From positions 32,001 through 96,000 of the forward strand of contig CAWCMR010000010.1 of NCBI GenBank assembly GCA_963796685.1: a stretch of DNA of 64,000 nucleotides. Direction: 5' to 3'. Source of the stretch: an uncultured delta proteobacterium. GTDB lineage: Bacteria > Myxococcota_A > Polyangia > Fen-1088. Of this stretch, positions 11,716 through 23,900 are shown piece after piece. Numbering within the stretch: position 1 is the stretch's first letter; each line of letters starts with the position of its first letter. The notes under the pieces were generated by a model. The model was not told the origin of the DNA and ran no database searches. It worked only from the letters and a program-made list of their open reading frames with translations. The position numbers were made by a program, and so were the translations under genes.

Positions 11716-12281
11716 ACCGATCGCTCGCGGCGCTGCTGGCCGCGCCGGGCGTGGTGTTGATTGCGCCCGCTCCCCTGCTAGGGGGACAGACGTACCTTCA
11801 CGAGGCGGACGCGGCACGGGCCATGTTCCCCGAAAGCACCGCCGCGACGAAAAAGCGTCTCGAGCTCGGCGACGTGGAGATGGCGGCGCTCTCCAAGGCG
11901 CTCGGACGACGGATCGAAGCCCGAAGCTATCCTTACCTCGACGTGAAGGGTGAGAAGGGGACGCTGGGATTCATCTTCATCCTGGACGTCATCGGCGAGA
12001 GTCTGCCCATCACCTTCGCCGTCGGGGTAACGGTGGACGGTGCACTCCAGGACATCCAGGTGATGGTGTACCGCGAGCCGCAAGGGGAGGCGATCCAGGA
12101 GAAGCGCTTTCGCAAGCAGTTCGTCGGCAAGCGCGAGAAAGACCCCATCACGCTCGACAAGGACATCGACGCGATCAGCGGAGCGACCATTTCGTCGCGC
12201 TCGGCCACCTTCGCCGCACGCAAAGGGCTGCGGCTTGCCGAGGTGCTGCGCAACCGGGCCTCCGCGGGAGGCAAGCCATGA
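11712..12281 (+). CDS. Exported FMN-binding protein (RnfG/NqrC-like)
   Basis: Signal peptide; VYREPQG; flavinylation motif IDAISGATISS. Confidence 0.9.
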   Translation: MNRSLAALLAAPGVVLIAPAPLLGGQTYLHEADAARAMFPESTAATKKRLELGDVEMAALSKALGRRIEARSYPYLDVKGEKGTLGFIFILDVIGESLPITFAVGVTVDGALQDIQVMVYREPQGEAIQEKRFRKQFVGKREKDPITLDKDIDAISGATISSRSATFAARKGLRLAEVLRNRASAGGKP

Positions 12282-13276
12282 GTCGCCAGGCAGTCGCCCG
12301 CCGCGAGCCGCAGTCGGCTCTCGAGGGCGTTCTCGTGCGTCGCGCTCGGCCGCTCATGGGCACGCTGGTCGGCGTCAGTGTTCGCGGATGGAACCGCGAC
12401 GCTCTCGAGCGCGCGATCCGTGGCGCGTTCGCCGAGATGGAGCGCCTCGAAGCCATCCTCTCCGAGTGGCGGCCCGACAGCGTTGTCTCGCGCGTAAATC
12501 GGTCCGCCAGCGAGGCGCCTGTCCCGGTCCCGACCGAGCTCGTCGAGGTCATGGAAATCGCCGCGCGTGTATCCCAGGCGAGCGCGGGGGCTTTCGACAG
12601 CACCTGGGCGGCTCTCTCGGAATTGTGGAGGCTCGACGAGCCCGATTTCCGTCCGCCGGACGCTGCCGCCGTCGCCGCTGCGCGGAAGCTGGTGGATTAC
12701 CGCGAGGTCGTGCTCGACGTGGAGAAGCAGACCGTCTTCCTCAGGCGGAGAGGGATGCGGCTGGGGCTGGGTGGCATCGCCAAGGCCTACATCGCCGAAC
12801 GCGCGGCCGACCTCGCCGTGGCCGCGGGCGTGCGCGACATTCTGATCGATGCAGGCGGCGATGTGGTCGCGCGTGGCCGCAACGGCGAACGCCCCTGGTC
12901 CGTCGGTGTCCGCGATCCGCGCTCGGCCACGAGGCTCATTGCAACCGTCGACTTGAACGACGAAGTGATCTCGACCAGCGGCGACTACGAGCGCTTCGTC
13001 GAGGTGGACGGTCATCGCTATCACCACCTGCTGGATCCGAGAACTGGCTATCCCGCCTCGGCGAGCCAAAGCGCGACGGTCGTGGCACCCGATGGCGCGT
13101 TGGCCGAGGCACTTTCGACCGCGCTCTTCGTCCTCGGTCCACCCGGCCTGGCGATGGTGTCCGGGTTTGCGGGGACCGCGGCTTTTCTCGTGGACGGCGA
13201 TGGTCTGGCGCATTTCACGCCGGGCGCGAGCGCACGCCGGGTGGACATGGCCGCCTTTGGATGGCGTCGAGAATAG
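12278..13276 (+). CDS. apbE: FAD:protein FMN transferase
   Basis: LMGT, LGGIAKAY, STSGDYER, HHLLDPRTGYP. Confidence 0.93.
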   Translation: MSRQAVARREPQSALEGVLVRRARPLMGTLVGVSVRGWNRDALERAIRGAFAEMERLEAILSEWRPDSVVSRVNRSASEAPVPVPTELVEVMEIAARVSQASAGAFDSTWAALSELWRLDEPDFRPPDAAAVAAARKLVDYREVVLDVEKQTVFLRRRGMRLGLGGIAKAYIAERAADLAVAAGVRDILIDAGGDVVARGRNGERPWSVGVRDPRSATRLIATVDLNDEVISTSGDYERFVEVDGHRYHHLLDPRTGYPASASQSATVVAPDGALAEALSTALFVLGPPGLAMVSGFAGTAAFLVDGDGLAHFTPGASARRVDMAAFGWRRE

Positions 13277-13286
13277 GACCACAAGC

Positions 13287-15259
13287 GTGCGAAGGCCCGC
13301 GCTCCTGCTTCGTAGCCAGATCCTCGGTGTGTGCTGTCTCGCCACCGCGACAGCGGAGCCATCTCTGGTTCACGCGGACCCGATTTGGAGCGGATGGTAC
13401 CTTGGCGGTCACGCCGGTTACACCCGTGGAAAGGCAAACAGCGTTCTCTCCGATTCCCCGGTGCCGACTGCGAGCAGTGTGTTCGGGAGCCTCGATGGCG
13501 GAGCGCTCTTGGGCTATTCCGTCGAGCTGCGTTCCAGGCTAGTGCTTGGGCTGGAGGCCGATGTCTCCTTTCCCGACTTCGGCGACAACGACGATTCTGG
13601 TTTCCTCGCGCCAGACAACCCTCGGCAGCGTCGCCGAGCGGCTCGACCTGTTCGGGCACGCACGCGGTCGGATGGGCTATGCCTTCGATCGCTGGCTGCT
13701 CTATGGCGCGGGGGGCTTTGCCTGGTCGTTGGGACGGTTCACTCAAAGCTCGGGCCAGCCTCCGATGGGCGACGAGCGCCTGCATTTTCGCCTGGGCTGG
13801 ACGATGGGCGCGGGTATCGAGCTGGCCTTTGCCCCGCACTGGAGCACGAGGCTCGAGTACATCTACGACAGGTTCGGCTCGGCCAGCACGACGTTTGCTC
13901 CCGGAGCAAGCGCCGAATCGACGATGGGCCTGCACAGCGTGCGGCTGGCCCTCGACTGGCAGGCCCATGGACCCGGTGCCGACGACACTCGGATGGGCCT
14001 CGTCACGGGCGGGGGCGGCGAGCGCACCTGGAGCCTGCACGGTCAGCTCACGTACATCGAGCAGGGCTACTTCGCGTTTCACTCGCCCTACCAAGGCCCG
14101 AACAGCCTCTCCGGCGCGAGCCAGGTGCGCAATACCGCCAGCGCCACGATATTTCTCGGCCGGAGCTTGTGGCGCGGCGGGGAAATCTACTTCAACCCCG
14201 AGCTCATGCAGGGCTTCGGTCTGAGCAACGTGCACGGCGTGGCCGCCTTTCCCAACGGCGAGGCGCAGAAGTCGAGCTTCGAATTCCCACGCTTCAATGA
14301 CGCGCGATTGTTCCTGAGCCAGACCTTCGAGCTCGGGGGTGCCAGGGAGACGGTCGAGGACGGCCCCAATCAGATCGCGGGCGAGCGCAGCATCTCGCGT
14401 CTCACCGTGACCGTCGGAAAGTTCGCGGTGCTCGACTATTTCCTGCTCAACGCCTACGCAGGCGAGCCGCGCACGGCGTTTCTGAACTGGAACGCCTATG
14501 GCGGCGGCTCCTACGACTGGACCATGGACAAGCTCGAGCTGGACGTGGGGCGGAATGGCCGATCTGAACCAGGCGCAGTGGGCTTTTCGGGCCGGCTACT
14601 TCTTGTTGCCGGATGTCTCCAATTCCAACACCTTCGACACCCACGTGCCCGAGCGCGGCCAATACGTGGCCGAGCTGGAGCTGCGCTACGCGCCGCTTTC
14701 CCATCCAGGCAAGCTGCTCCTCTTCGGGTGGCTGAGCCATGGCAACATGGGCAGCTTCGCTGATGCGCTCGCCGAGCCAAATTCGACGGCGGGCTATCCG
14801 GACATCACCCTGACCCGCCAGGAGCGAACGAACTACGGATTCGTGGTCAGCGTCGAGCAGTCGATTTCTGCCGACGTAGGCCTGTTCTCGCGTGCCAGCT
14901 GGAGTCCCGGTCATGTGGAAGTGATGGGATGGACCGACTGTGACGAGAGCCTAACCTTGGGCGCCGCGCTGAGAGGGACGTCTTGGCGGCGACCAAACGA
15001 TACCCTGGGTGTCGTCGGAGTTGCCGAGGGGTTGTCGGCTATCAATCGCCAGTACTTTGCCGCCGGTGGCATGGGAATTCTCATCGGCGATGGCATGCTC
15101 AATTATCGTCCGGAGATGGTTGTGGAAACCTACTATGCGCTCAGCCCCATCAAGTGGGCGGCGCTGACCTTCGACTATCAGCTCATCGCCAATCCAGGCT
15201 ACAACGCCGACCGCGGGCCGGTCTCGATCTTTTCGGGGCGCCTGCACGCGGCGTTTTGA
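13287..15259 (+). CDS. MnoP-like porin (N-terminal OMP beta-barrel plus OprB domain), split by two frameshifts (about 13590 and about 14535)
   Basis: WSGWYLGGHAGY and LGLEADVSF, then WTMGAGIE, NPELMQGFG, FPNGEAQK, then YQLIANPGYNADRGPV...LHAAF across three frames; assembly error or pseudogene. Confidence 0.75.
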
Positions 15260-15441
15260 TGCGACTCCGTTCACGGAATGCCGGCAACGGCCGACGTCAA
15301 CGAGAGAGCGCCGTGGGACCTCGGCCGATTTTGCAACAAATGCTGTAACGCAATCGTTGCGAGGTAGACGCTCGACTGCGGCGTGCGCCCGACCATGGTT
15401 TCTCCGTATTCACCTCACCGAACTCGCAACAGAGGAGACTC

Positions 15442-17758
15442 ATGCGATCACATAACACGCTCCGGACATTGGCATTCACCACCACCATCGCCGTCGGCGT
15501 CGTGGCATCGAGCGGCTGGCTCAGCGGCTGCACGGGCAACGACCGCGGCGAAGCATCGGGCAGCTTGGGCAGCGGGTCGATCATGCTCACGCTTGCGGCA
15601 GGCGACGCGACCTTCGCCACCTTCAGCTACACCATCACGGGACCGTTCGGGTTCTCCAAGACGGGCAGCCTCGACGTATCGGCGAGCTCGACAGTTTCGG
15701 GCGTCATCGGCGGCTTGCCCGCGGGAAGCGGTTTCAAGATCTCGCTTACCGGAACCTCCCTCGACGGAAACACCCAGTGTGGGGGCGGTGCGACCTTCAG
15801 CGTGGCCGCGCACGGCACCACCCCGGTCAGCATCGCGCTCGATTGCCATCAGCCCGCGAAGACGGGGAGCATCAGCGTGACCGGCACGTTCAACATTTGC
15901 CCGACCATCCAGTCCATCTCGGCCAACCCGGGTGAGGTGCTGGGCGGATCCGACTCGTCCATCACGAGCATGGCGACCGATCCGGATAGCGGTCCATTGC
16001 CGCTGCGCTACCAGTGGACGGCGACCAGCGGCTCATTCAGCGACGCCACGAGCCCGAGCCCGACCTACACCTGCACGACGAACGGGCTTGCGACCTTGAC
16101 CCTGGTGGTTTCCGACGGCAATCCGCAGGCGGCTTGCGCCGACACGGCAGCCGTGCAGGTTACCTGCAGCGGCCACGTGGACTCGGCGGCGGAGCTCTCC
16201 ACGGCGACCAAGATCAAGCACCTGGTCGTGGTGTTCGGCGAGAACATCTCGTTCGACCACTATTTCGGCACTTATCCGAACGCGAAGAACGACTCGGGTG
16301 AAACGCCGTTTGTCGGCAGCTCCCGGAACCCCGAGCGCCAACGGCCTCATCACCCCGCTCGATGTAACCAGTGGTTTCTCGCCGATCCCCGGCGTCGATT
16401 TGCTCGGCAACAACCCGACCGCCGCGAACTCCGCCAATGGCACTGCGGCGATCAACCCGTTCCGCCTGGGACCGGGCCAGGCGGCAACCACCGACCAGGG
16501 GCACAACTACAAACCCGAGCAGCAGGCCTCGGACAACGGTGCCATGGATCTCTTTCCGAAGTACACGGGCACGGCGGGACCACCGCCCGGCAGCCCGACG
16601 GCTGCGGACGGCAAGGGCCTGGTCATGGCCTACTACGACGGCAATACCGTCAGCGAGCTGTGGAACCTGGCGCAGAGCTATGCGCTCAACGACAACTCGT
16701 GGACCACGGTCTTCGGACCCTCCACGCCCGGTGCCATCGACTTGGTCGCGGGTCAGACCAACGGCATCAGCGCCACCAACAAGGATCCCGCCACCATGTC
16801 CACCAGCCACGTGACGCCCGATGGGAACGGCGGCTGGACGCTCATCGGCGACACCGATCCGCTGGGCGACGTGTGCTCCACGGGTTCGGACCAGAATAGC
16901 TTCGCCGGAAGGAACGTCGGCGATTTGCTCAACACCAAGAACGTAACCTGGGGCTGGTTCGAGGGCGGCTTCGACCTGACGCTGACCAATGCCAACGGCA
17001 CGACGGGCTGCTCGCGTAGCACGCCGCAGACCGTGGCCAACCCGGCCGGGATCTCGACCGACTACATTCCGCACCACCAGCCGTTCCAGTACTACCCGTC
17101 GACGGCCAACCTGACCCACGCGCGGCCGAGCTCGCTCGCCGCCATCGGCAGGAGCGTCGAGACCGACGGCGTGACGCCCGAACCGGCCAACCACCAATAC
17201 GACAGCCACGATTTCTTCGAGGCGCTCGCTGCCGGCAACCTGCCCGCGGTCGCGTTCGTGAAGGCACCAGCCTTCCAGGACGGCCACGCGGGATACTCGA
17301 ATCCCATCGACGAGCAGAACTTCATCGTGCAGGTGGTGTCGGCCATTCAGTCGAGCCAGGAGTGGGCCTCGACCGCCATCGTGCTGGCCTACGACGATTC
17401 GGACGGCTGGTACGATCACCAGATGCCTCCCATCGTGAATCCGTCGACCGGCGTGGCCGATGCCCTCAATGGCCCGGGGCTGTGCACCACGGGCCTGCAG
17501 CAGGGGGGCGCGGCGCCCGCGACGCCGCTCCTCGGCGTCGACGGCAAGCCGGCGCTCGGCCGTTGCGGCTACGGGACGCGCATGCCGCTCTTGGTGGTGT
17601 CGCCGTATGCCAAGCACAACTACGTCGATCACACGCTGACCGACCAGTCTTCGATTCTCAAGTTCATCGAGGACAACTGGCTGGGCGGCGAGCGCATCCA
17701 GACGGGTGGCTCGTTCGACACCATCGCGGGTACCATCGAGAACATGCTAACCCTGTGA
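15442..17758 (+). CDS. Lipoprotein phosphoesterase (phospholipase C/AcpA family) with N-terminal Ig-like region; frameshift at about 16315
   Basis: Lipobox LSGC; IKHLVVVFGENISFDHYFG in frame 1; GPSTPG, YDDSDGWYDH, GYGTRMPLLVVSP in frame 2. Confidence 0.85.
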
Positions 17759-17759
17759 G

Positions 17760-19412
17760 GTGGAGAGACCGCTGATCAACCGTCGCCAGTTCCTGCTGGC
17801 AACGACCCTGGCGGCGCCTTGGTCCTGCCGACGGGGATCGAGCCCGCACCGGCTCGTGGTGCCGCCGGCGCAGACAGGAGGGCGGCCCCTACCCCTGGGG
17901 CCGCCGCTGCACCCAGAAGCCCTGCCACGCTTCGTAGACCCGTTGCCCATTCCGCGCGTGCTGGTCCCGGATGGGCTTCGCGCGGATCCGACCGACGCGA
18001 GCAAGAAGATTCCCTACTACGGAATCACCATGCGCGAGACGCTCGCACGCGTCCACCGCGACGTCCCGCCGACGCGTTTCTGGAGCTATGGCGGCAGCGT
18101 GCCCTGTCCGACGCTCGAGACCCGCAGCGGGCGCGGCTTGCTCGTCGAATGGCAGAACGAGCTGCCGAGCCGTCACTTTCTTCCCATCGATCACACCTTG
18201 TGCGGTGCCGGAGCCGACCTACCCGAGGTGCGCGCCATCGCCCACGTGCACGGCGCACGCGTGCCGGCCAAGAGCGACGGGTATCCCATGGACTGGATTA
18301 CCCCAGGGCGCTCCGTGCTGTACCACTATCCCAACCATCAGGACGCGGCGCTGCTCTGGTATCACGACCACGCCATGGGCATCACGCGCCTCAATCACTA
18401 CGCCGGTATGTTCGGGTTGTTCGTCATTCGCGACGAGGTCGAGGACGCGCTTCGCCTGCCGAACGGCCGCCATGAAATCCCATTGATGATTTGCGACCGC
18501 AACTTCGGTCAGGATGGCCAGCTTCGCTACCCGACCTCGGGCGAGCCTGATGCGCCGTGGGTGCCCGAAGCCTACGGCGACGCGCTGCTGGTGAACCAGA
18601 AGCTCTTCCCGTACCTCGACGTGGAACCGGGGCGCTACCGCTTTCGCGTGGTCAACGCCTCGAATGGCCGCCTCTACTACCTTTCATTGTCCGAGGGTCG
18701 GTCCGAGGGTCGGTCCGAGGGTCGCACGTTTCACCAGATCGGAACCGACCAGGGCCTCTTGCCGGCGCCTATCGAGCTCGACAAACTCACGCTGGCGCCG
18801 GCCGAGCGGGCCGATGTGCTCGTCGACTTCAGTGGCGCCGCCGGAAAGAGCCTCGTCCTGCGCAGCCAGGCCTTCGAGCTGATGCAGTTCCGGGTGGGGA
18901 ACGGCCCGGTCCGGAAACCGGCGCCGCTGCCGGCGAGGCTGCGCCCCGTTCCCAAGCTCGACGCGGCCTCGGCGGTTACGACGCGGGTTCTCACGCTGAA
19001 CGGGTATCAAGATCCGAAGAACCACCGCATGCTCATGCTGCTCGACGGAAAGCGCTGGCACGAGCCGGTCACCGAGAAGGCCGAGCTGAATAGCGTCGAG
19101 ATCTGGGAACTGGTCAACCTGACCGAGGACACGCATCCGATTCATTTGCACCTGGTGCGCTTCCAGATCCTCGATCGCCAGCCCTTCGATGCCGACGAGT
19201 ACCTCACCTCGGGCAAGCTGATCGCGCGCAAGCCGGTGCCGCCTGGACCGGACGAAGCCGGCTGGAAAGACACGGTGCGGGCAGACCCTGGGATGATCAC
19301 CCGCATCATCATTCGATTCGAAGGTTATGCCGGCCGCTACGTCTGGCACTGCCACCTGCTCGAGCACGCCGCCAACGAAATGATGCGTCCACTCGAAATC
19401 GTGTCATCTTGA
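17760..19412 (+). CDS. Tat-exported multicopper oxidase (CotA/bilirubin oxidase-like)
   Basis: NRRQFL Tat motif; HVHG, WYHDH, HPIHLH and HCHLLEH...M copper motifs. Confidence 0.93.
   Translation: MERPLINRRQFLLATTLAAPWSCRRGSSPHRLVVPPAQTGGRPLPLGPPLHPEALPRFVDPLPIPRVLVPDGLRADPTDASKKIPYYGITMRETLARVHRDVPPTRFWSYGGSVPCPTLETRSGRGLLVEWQNELPSRHFLPIDHTLCGAGADLPEVRAIAHVHGARVPAKSDGYPMDWITPGRSVLYHYPNHQDAALLWYHDHAMGITRLNHYAGMFGLFVIRDEVEDALRLPNGRHEIPLMICDRNFGQDGQLRYPTSGEPDAPWVPEAYGDALLVNQKLFPYLDVEPGRYRFRVVNASNGRLYYLSLSEGRSEGRSEGRTFHQIGTDQGLLPAPIELDKLTLAPAERADVLVDFSGAAGKSLVLRSQAFELMQFRVGNGPVRKPAPLPARLRPVPKLDAASAVTTRVLTLNGYQDPKNHRMLMLLDGKRWHEPVTEKAELNSVEIWELVNLTEDTHPIHLHLVRFQILDRQPFDADEYLTSGKLIARKPVPPGPDEAGWKDTVRADPGMITRIIIRFEGYAGRYVWHCHLLEHAANEMMRPLEIVSS
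18690..18724 (+). repeat. In-frame 12-bp tandem repeat (about 3x TCCGAGGGTCGG; SEGR x3)
   Basis: Directly visible in the sequence and in the translation SEGRSEGRSEGR. Confidence 0.85.
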
Positions 19413-19612
19413 TCGCTCGGCGAGGACCAGCTACAAGCGGTCCTGGCGTGGACGCGGCTTTTTCAACAATTTCATTCCAGCCGGACTTGCGGTGGGTCCG
19501 GCGCCGCAAGCGCGTGCTAAATGCGCAGGGCCGTGTCTGCCTGCGAGATATCCCATGTTCGTCAAGGGCCAGGCGTGGCCACAGGCGCAGGTCGCTCGAC
19601 CGGGGGACTTGG

Positions 19613-21073
19613 ATGATGGCGCGGCTGGCGTTTCGTGTTGGCCTGGTGGCTTGCGCCTTGCTCGCCTCCACGCGCGCGAGTGCCCAGGACGGACCGCCGG
19701 CTCCGCACGAGGACGCCGCCTTCGACTTCATGAACCTGCTCTCGCACCATGGCTTGCACGACCTCGACAACGAGCGCTGGAACGTCTACGGACAGCTCAC
19801 CTACATCTCGAGCTGGAAGCCGGCGTTCCAGACTCCCTACACCAACGCCAATGGCAGCACCAACTCGCTTGTGCCAGGCGCCGAGCGAAGCTTCACCGGC
19901 ACCTTCTCCTTGTTCCTCGGGCTCGGGCTTTGGCAGGGCGGCGAAATCTATGCGGTTCCCGAGGCCATCACCGAGCGGCCGCTCTCGCAACTACACGGGA
20001 TCGGCGGCGCGATTCAGAACTTCGAGCTTCAGAAGACCGGCGGCGAGACGCCCCAACTCTATCTGGCGCGCCTGTTTTATCGGCAGACCTTCGGGTTGGG
20101 CGGCGACCGCATCGTCAAGACGTCCAATCCGCTCCAGCTCGGGACCGTGACGGGCAGTCGTAGACTCGTCCTGACCCTTGGCAATTTCAGTATCCTCGAC
20201 GTATTCGACCGGAATTCCGTCACCGGGGATCCGCGCCAGACCTTCTTCAACATGGCTTTCATGACCCACGCTTCGTGGGACTTCACCGCGGATGCACGCG
20301 GGTACTCGTGGGGCGGTGCCGCCGAGCTCTACTGGGAGCGATGGGTGCTGCGTTTCGGTCGGTTCACGCCGCCCAAGAACCCGAACCAGCTTCCGGTCGA
20401 TTTCAGGATCTGGGAGCACTACGGCGACCAGATCGAGCTGGAGCACGATCACCTGCTGCTGGGACGTCCCGGTGCCGTGCGTCTGCTCGGCTATCGAAAC
20501 CGAGTGCTCACCGGGCGCTTCGACGACGCCATCGCGGTGTTCGAGGCCAATCCGGCGGACAACGCCGCCGCCTGCACCGGTTTCAACTATGGATCGAGAA
20601 ACACTGGGGCACCTGACCTCTGCTGGGTTCGCGGACCCAATGTGAAGCTCGGCATCGGAATCAACCTCGAACAGGATGTCGCCAAGGACGTCGGTGTGTT
20701 CCTTCGCGCCATGTTTTCCGACGGGCAAACCGAGGTCGATGCCTACAATTCAGCCGACCGCTCCCTCTCCTTTGGCGCCGTGGCCAAGGGCTCCTTGTGG
20801 CGGCGGCCATTCGACGTGGTGGGCGTCGGGTTCGGCATGAGCTGGATCTCGGACGTCCACGCCAGGTACCTGGCCCTGGGCGGCGTCGACGGCTTTGTCG
20901 GCGACGGTCATCTTCGGCAAGGCGCAGAGGGCATTGTCGAGGGATTCTACAGCGTGAACCTTCTCGAGGCGGTCTGGCTGGCAGCAGACTATCAGTTCCT
21001 GTGGAACCCCGGATTCAACGCCGACCGAGGCCCCGTTCACATCCTGGGAGCGAAGATCCACGCCGAGTTCTAG
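19613..21073 (+). CDS. OprB-family carbohydrate/metal porin
   Basis: Signal peptide; ADARGYSWG, EGFYS, DYQFLWNPGFNADRGPVHILGAKIHAEF. Confidence 0.88.
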   Translation: MMARLAFRVGLVACALLASTRASAQDGPPAPHEDAAFDFMNLLSHHGLHDLDNERWNVYGQLTYISSWKPAFQTPYTNANGSTNSLVPGAERSFTGTFSLFLGLGLWQGGEIYAVPEAITERPLSQLHGIGGAIQNFELQKTGGETPQLYLARLFYRQTFGLGGDRIVKTSNPLQLGTVTGSRRLVLTLGNFSILDVFDRNSVTGDPRQTFFNMAFMTHASWDFTADARGYSWGGAAELYWERWVLRFGRFTPPKNPNQLPVDFRIWEHYGDQIELEHDHLLLGRPGAVRLLGYRNRVLTGRFDDAIAVFEANPADNAAACTGFNYGSRNTGAPDLCWVRGPNVKLGIGINLEQDVAKDVGVFLRAMFSDGQTEVDAYNSADRSLSFGAVAKGSLWRRPFDVVGVGFGMSWISDVHARYLALGGVDGFVGDGHLRQGAEGIVEGFYSVNLLEAVWLAADYQFLWNPGFNADRGPVHILGAKIHAEF

Positions 21074-21075
21074 TC
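21032..21075 (+). repeat. 44-bp direct repeat, copy 1 (porin 3' end)
   Basis: cccgttcacatcctgggagcgaagAtccacgccgagttctagtc; 43/44 identical to 26701-26744. Confidence 0.95.
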
Positions 21076-21107
21076 TAGGGTCCGGCACTTGGGACCTTCC
21101 GGGACCA

Positions 21108-21821
21108 TCACGGAGCTGCCATCGGTGCCGCCGCGACCTCGCTCGATGGCCCGCCGGGCGTCGTAGTGCGCTTGGGGAGCTCGCGGTCGAGGGCAAGATT
21201 GGTCTCGAGGACGTTCAGACGCGGCTCTCCGAACAGACCCCATTGTCGGCCCTTGGTCTGGCGTACCAGGAGCGCCTTCACCTCTTCGACCGTCACCCCG
21301 CGGGCATTGGCCACACGCGCAGCCTGCAGGCCGGCGTTGGCAGGCGTGATATCCGGGTCGAGCCCGCTTCCCGAGCGCGTGACTGCGTCGCCGGGAACCA
21401 AGACATCCGCCGGCAGATGGTTTTCCAAGCGGTACTCGGTAACAAGCTGCTTGATGCCGGCAAAGGATTCATCCACGTCCTTGGTCTTGGGATCATCGAT
21501 GGCACCGTTGAGCAGCTTGTCGCTGATAGGGCCAAGGTTGGTGCCGCCGGAGTTGGCGGCGTCGTAGCCGGCACCGGCGGCGGAAGGGCGAGGATGGAAG
21601 TACTCCGGCATCTTGAAACCTTGCGCAAGCAGGCCGGATCCGACGGCGCGCTCGGGGTTTGTGCCGTTGCCCTGCCGGTCGACAAGCGATCCATCGGCTT
21701 CGCGTCGCATGACGGTGTGCCCGATGGCGTACACGGCAAGCGGATAAAGCACACAGCCAAGCACGGCGACGGCGACTGTGGCTCGAAGGGAAACCCAGGT
21801 TTCGTGAATGAGATTGCGCAT
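21108..21821 (-). CDS. kdpC: K+-transporting ATPase subunit C
   Basis: YFHPRPSAAG, SGGTNLGP, VTRSGSGLDPDI, NVLETNLALD. Confidence 0.95.
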   Translation of the reverse strand: MRNLIHETWVSLRATVAVAVLGCVLYPLAVYAIGHTVMRREADGSLVDRQGNGTNPERAVGSGLLAQGFKMPEYFHPRPSAAGAGYDAANSGGTNLGPISDKLLNGAIDDPKTKDVDESFAGIKQLVTEYRLENHLPADVLVPGDAVTRSGSGLDPDITPANAGLQAARVANARGVTVEEVKALLVRQTKGRQWGLFGEPRLNVLETNLALDRELPKRTTTPGGPSSEVAAAPMAAP

Positions 21822-21823
21822 GG

Positions 21824-23878
21824 TCACACCATTCCAAGAAGGTTGTGGACGACGAGGTCGATGAGCTTGATGCCGATGAAGGGGACGACCAATCCGCCAA
21901 GACCGTAGATGAGGAGATTGCGGCGCAGGATCTCGCCCGCGCCCGATGGGCGGAAATTCACGCCTCGCAAGGCCAGGGGCACGAGACAAATGATGATGAG
22001 CGCGTTGAAGATGACCGCGCTCAGGATCGCGCTGCCGGGTGACCCGAGTCCCATGATGTTGAGGGGCGCAATCTGCGGAAAGGCGCCGATCAGCATCGCC
22101 GGGATGATGGCGAAGTATTTTGCGACATCATTGGCCACGCTGAAGGTGGTGAGCGCCCCGCGCGTGATCAGCATCTGTTTGCCGATCTCCACGACCTCGA
22201 TGAGCTTGGTTGGGTTGCTGTCGAGGTCGACCATGTTGCCCGCCTCCTTGGCGGCTTGCGTGCCCGAGTTCATAGCCACCCCCACGTCGGCTTGGGCGAG
22301 CGCGGGCGCATCGTTGGTTCCGTCGCCGGTCATGGCCACGAGATGCCCTCCTTCTTGCTCGCGACGGATGAGGGCCAGCTTGTTCTCAGGCGTCGCCTCG
22401 GCCAAGAAATCGTCCACGCCCGCTTCTTTCGCGATGGCCGCGGCGGTCAACGGGTTATCGCCCGTGATCATGATCGTCCGGATGCCCATGGCGCGAAAGC
22501 GACTGAAGCGATCGACGAGCCCTTCCTTGACCACGTCCTTGAGGTGGACGACGCCCAGTACCTTTCCGGCTTGCGAGACGACAAGGGGCGTCCCCCCACT
22601 GCGTGCAATGCCGTCGACCGCGGTTTGAACCTCGCCGGGCAAGGCTCCGCCCACCAGAGCCTTGACCGCGTCCGCGGCGCCCTTGCGGATCGCTCGTCCA
22701 TCCATGTCCACACCGCTCATGCGCGTCTTTGCCGAAAACGGGACGAAGGTGGCAGTCGGCAAGTCATCCGAGCTGCGCGCGGGTTGCCCAAGCTTCTCGG
22801 CAAGTGTCACGATGCTGCGACCTTCCGGGGTCTCGTCCGCCAATGAGGATAGTTGCGCCGCCTGGGCGAGCTCGTGCGAAGTCACGCCCGGCGCGGGCAG
22901 CAGCGCGACCGCCTGGCGATTGCCGTGGGTGATGGTTCCGGTCTTGTCGAGAAGGAGCGTATGCACATCTCCCGCCGCTTCCACGGCCTTGCCGCTCATG
23001 GCAAGCACGTTCTTCTGCACCATGCGATCGATGCCCGCGATGCCGATGGCGCTGAGCAGTCCACCGATGGTGGTTGGGATTAAACAGACCAAGAGCGCGG
23101 TCAGCACGGTCACCGAGAACGCCGAGGCTGACAGCGTGGGGGTGTAGCTTTGGATGTACGCCCCGAACGGCCGCAGGAAGAAGCACACCAACAGGAAAAT
23201 GATGGTGAGCGCCGACAGCAGGATGTTGAGGGCGATTTCGTTCGGCGTCTTCTGGCGCTTGGCTCCCTCGATGAGCGAGATCATGCGGTCGAGGAAGCTC
23301 TTGCCCGGATCGGCAGTCACTCGGATGCGCAGTTGGTCCGAGATCACGGTGGTCCCGGCGGTGACGGCCGAGCGGTCGCCGCCGGACTCGCGCAAAACCG
23401 GGGCTGACTCGCCGGTGATGACCGACTCGTCTACCATCGCGGCGCCCGCGACGATCTCTCCGTCGGCGGGAACGATCTCGTGGGCTGGCACGAGCACCTC
23501 GTCGTCCTTGCGCAGGAGCTCGGACGGGACGGTTTCGGTGGTCCCGTCGGGATGCAGGCGCCGCCCGAACGCCTTCTTGCGTCCGCGGCGAAGCGCATCG
23601 GCCTGCGCCTTGCCCCGTCCTTCCGCCAGCGCCTCGGCGAAATTGGCGAACAGCACCGTGAACCAGAGCCAGACACAGATCTGCAGCACGAAGCTGACCG
23701 ATTCGCCGTGTGACTTGGCGCGCAGGATCTCGACGGTCGTGACCAGCGCACCGATCTCGGTCACGAACATGACCGGGTTCTTGACCATGTGACGCGGGTT
23801 CATCTTGGCAAAGCTCGCGCGGATGGCGGGGAATAGAATCTCGGGCTCGAAGACGGAACGTTTCTTGGCGGTGGTCAT
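21824..23878 (-). CDS. kdpB: K+-transporting ATPase subunit B
   Basis: [27 protein letters not shown]. Confidence 0.98.
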   Translation of the reverse strand: MTTAKKRSVFEPEILFPAIRASFAKMNPRHMVKNPVMFVTEIGALVTTVEILRAKSHGESVSFVLQICVWLWFTVLFANFAEALAEGRGKAQADALRRGRKKAFGRRLHPDGTTETVPSELLRKDDEVLVPAHEIVPADGEIVAGAAMVDESVITGESAPVLRESGGDRSAVTAGTTVISDQLRIRVTADPGKSFLDRMISLIEGAKRQKTPNEIALNILLSALTIIFLLVCFFLRPFGAYIQSYTPTLSASAFSVTVLTALLVCLIPTTIGGLLSAIGIAGIDRMVQKNVLAMSGKAVEAAGDVHTLLLDKTGTITHGNRQAVALLPAPGVTSHELAQAAQLSSLADETPEGRSIVTLAEKLGQPARSSDDLPTATFVPFSAKTRMSGVDMDGRAIRKGAADAVKALVGGALPGEVQTAVDGIARSGGTPLVVSQAGKVLGVVHLKDVVKEGLVDRFSRFRAMGIRTIMITGDNPLTAAAIAKEAGVDDFLAEATPENKLALIRREQEGGHLVAMTGDGTNDAPALAQADVGVAMNSGTQAAKEAGNMVDLDSNPTKLIEVVEIGKQMLITRGALTTFSVANDVAKYFAIIPAMLIGAFPQIAPLNIMGLGSPGSAILSAVIFNALIIICLVPLALRGVNFRPSGAGEILRRNLLIYGLGGLVVPFIGIKLIDLVVHNLLGMV

Positions 23879-23900
23879 GGTGTCTCCTAAGGACGCAAAA

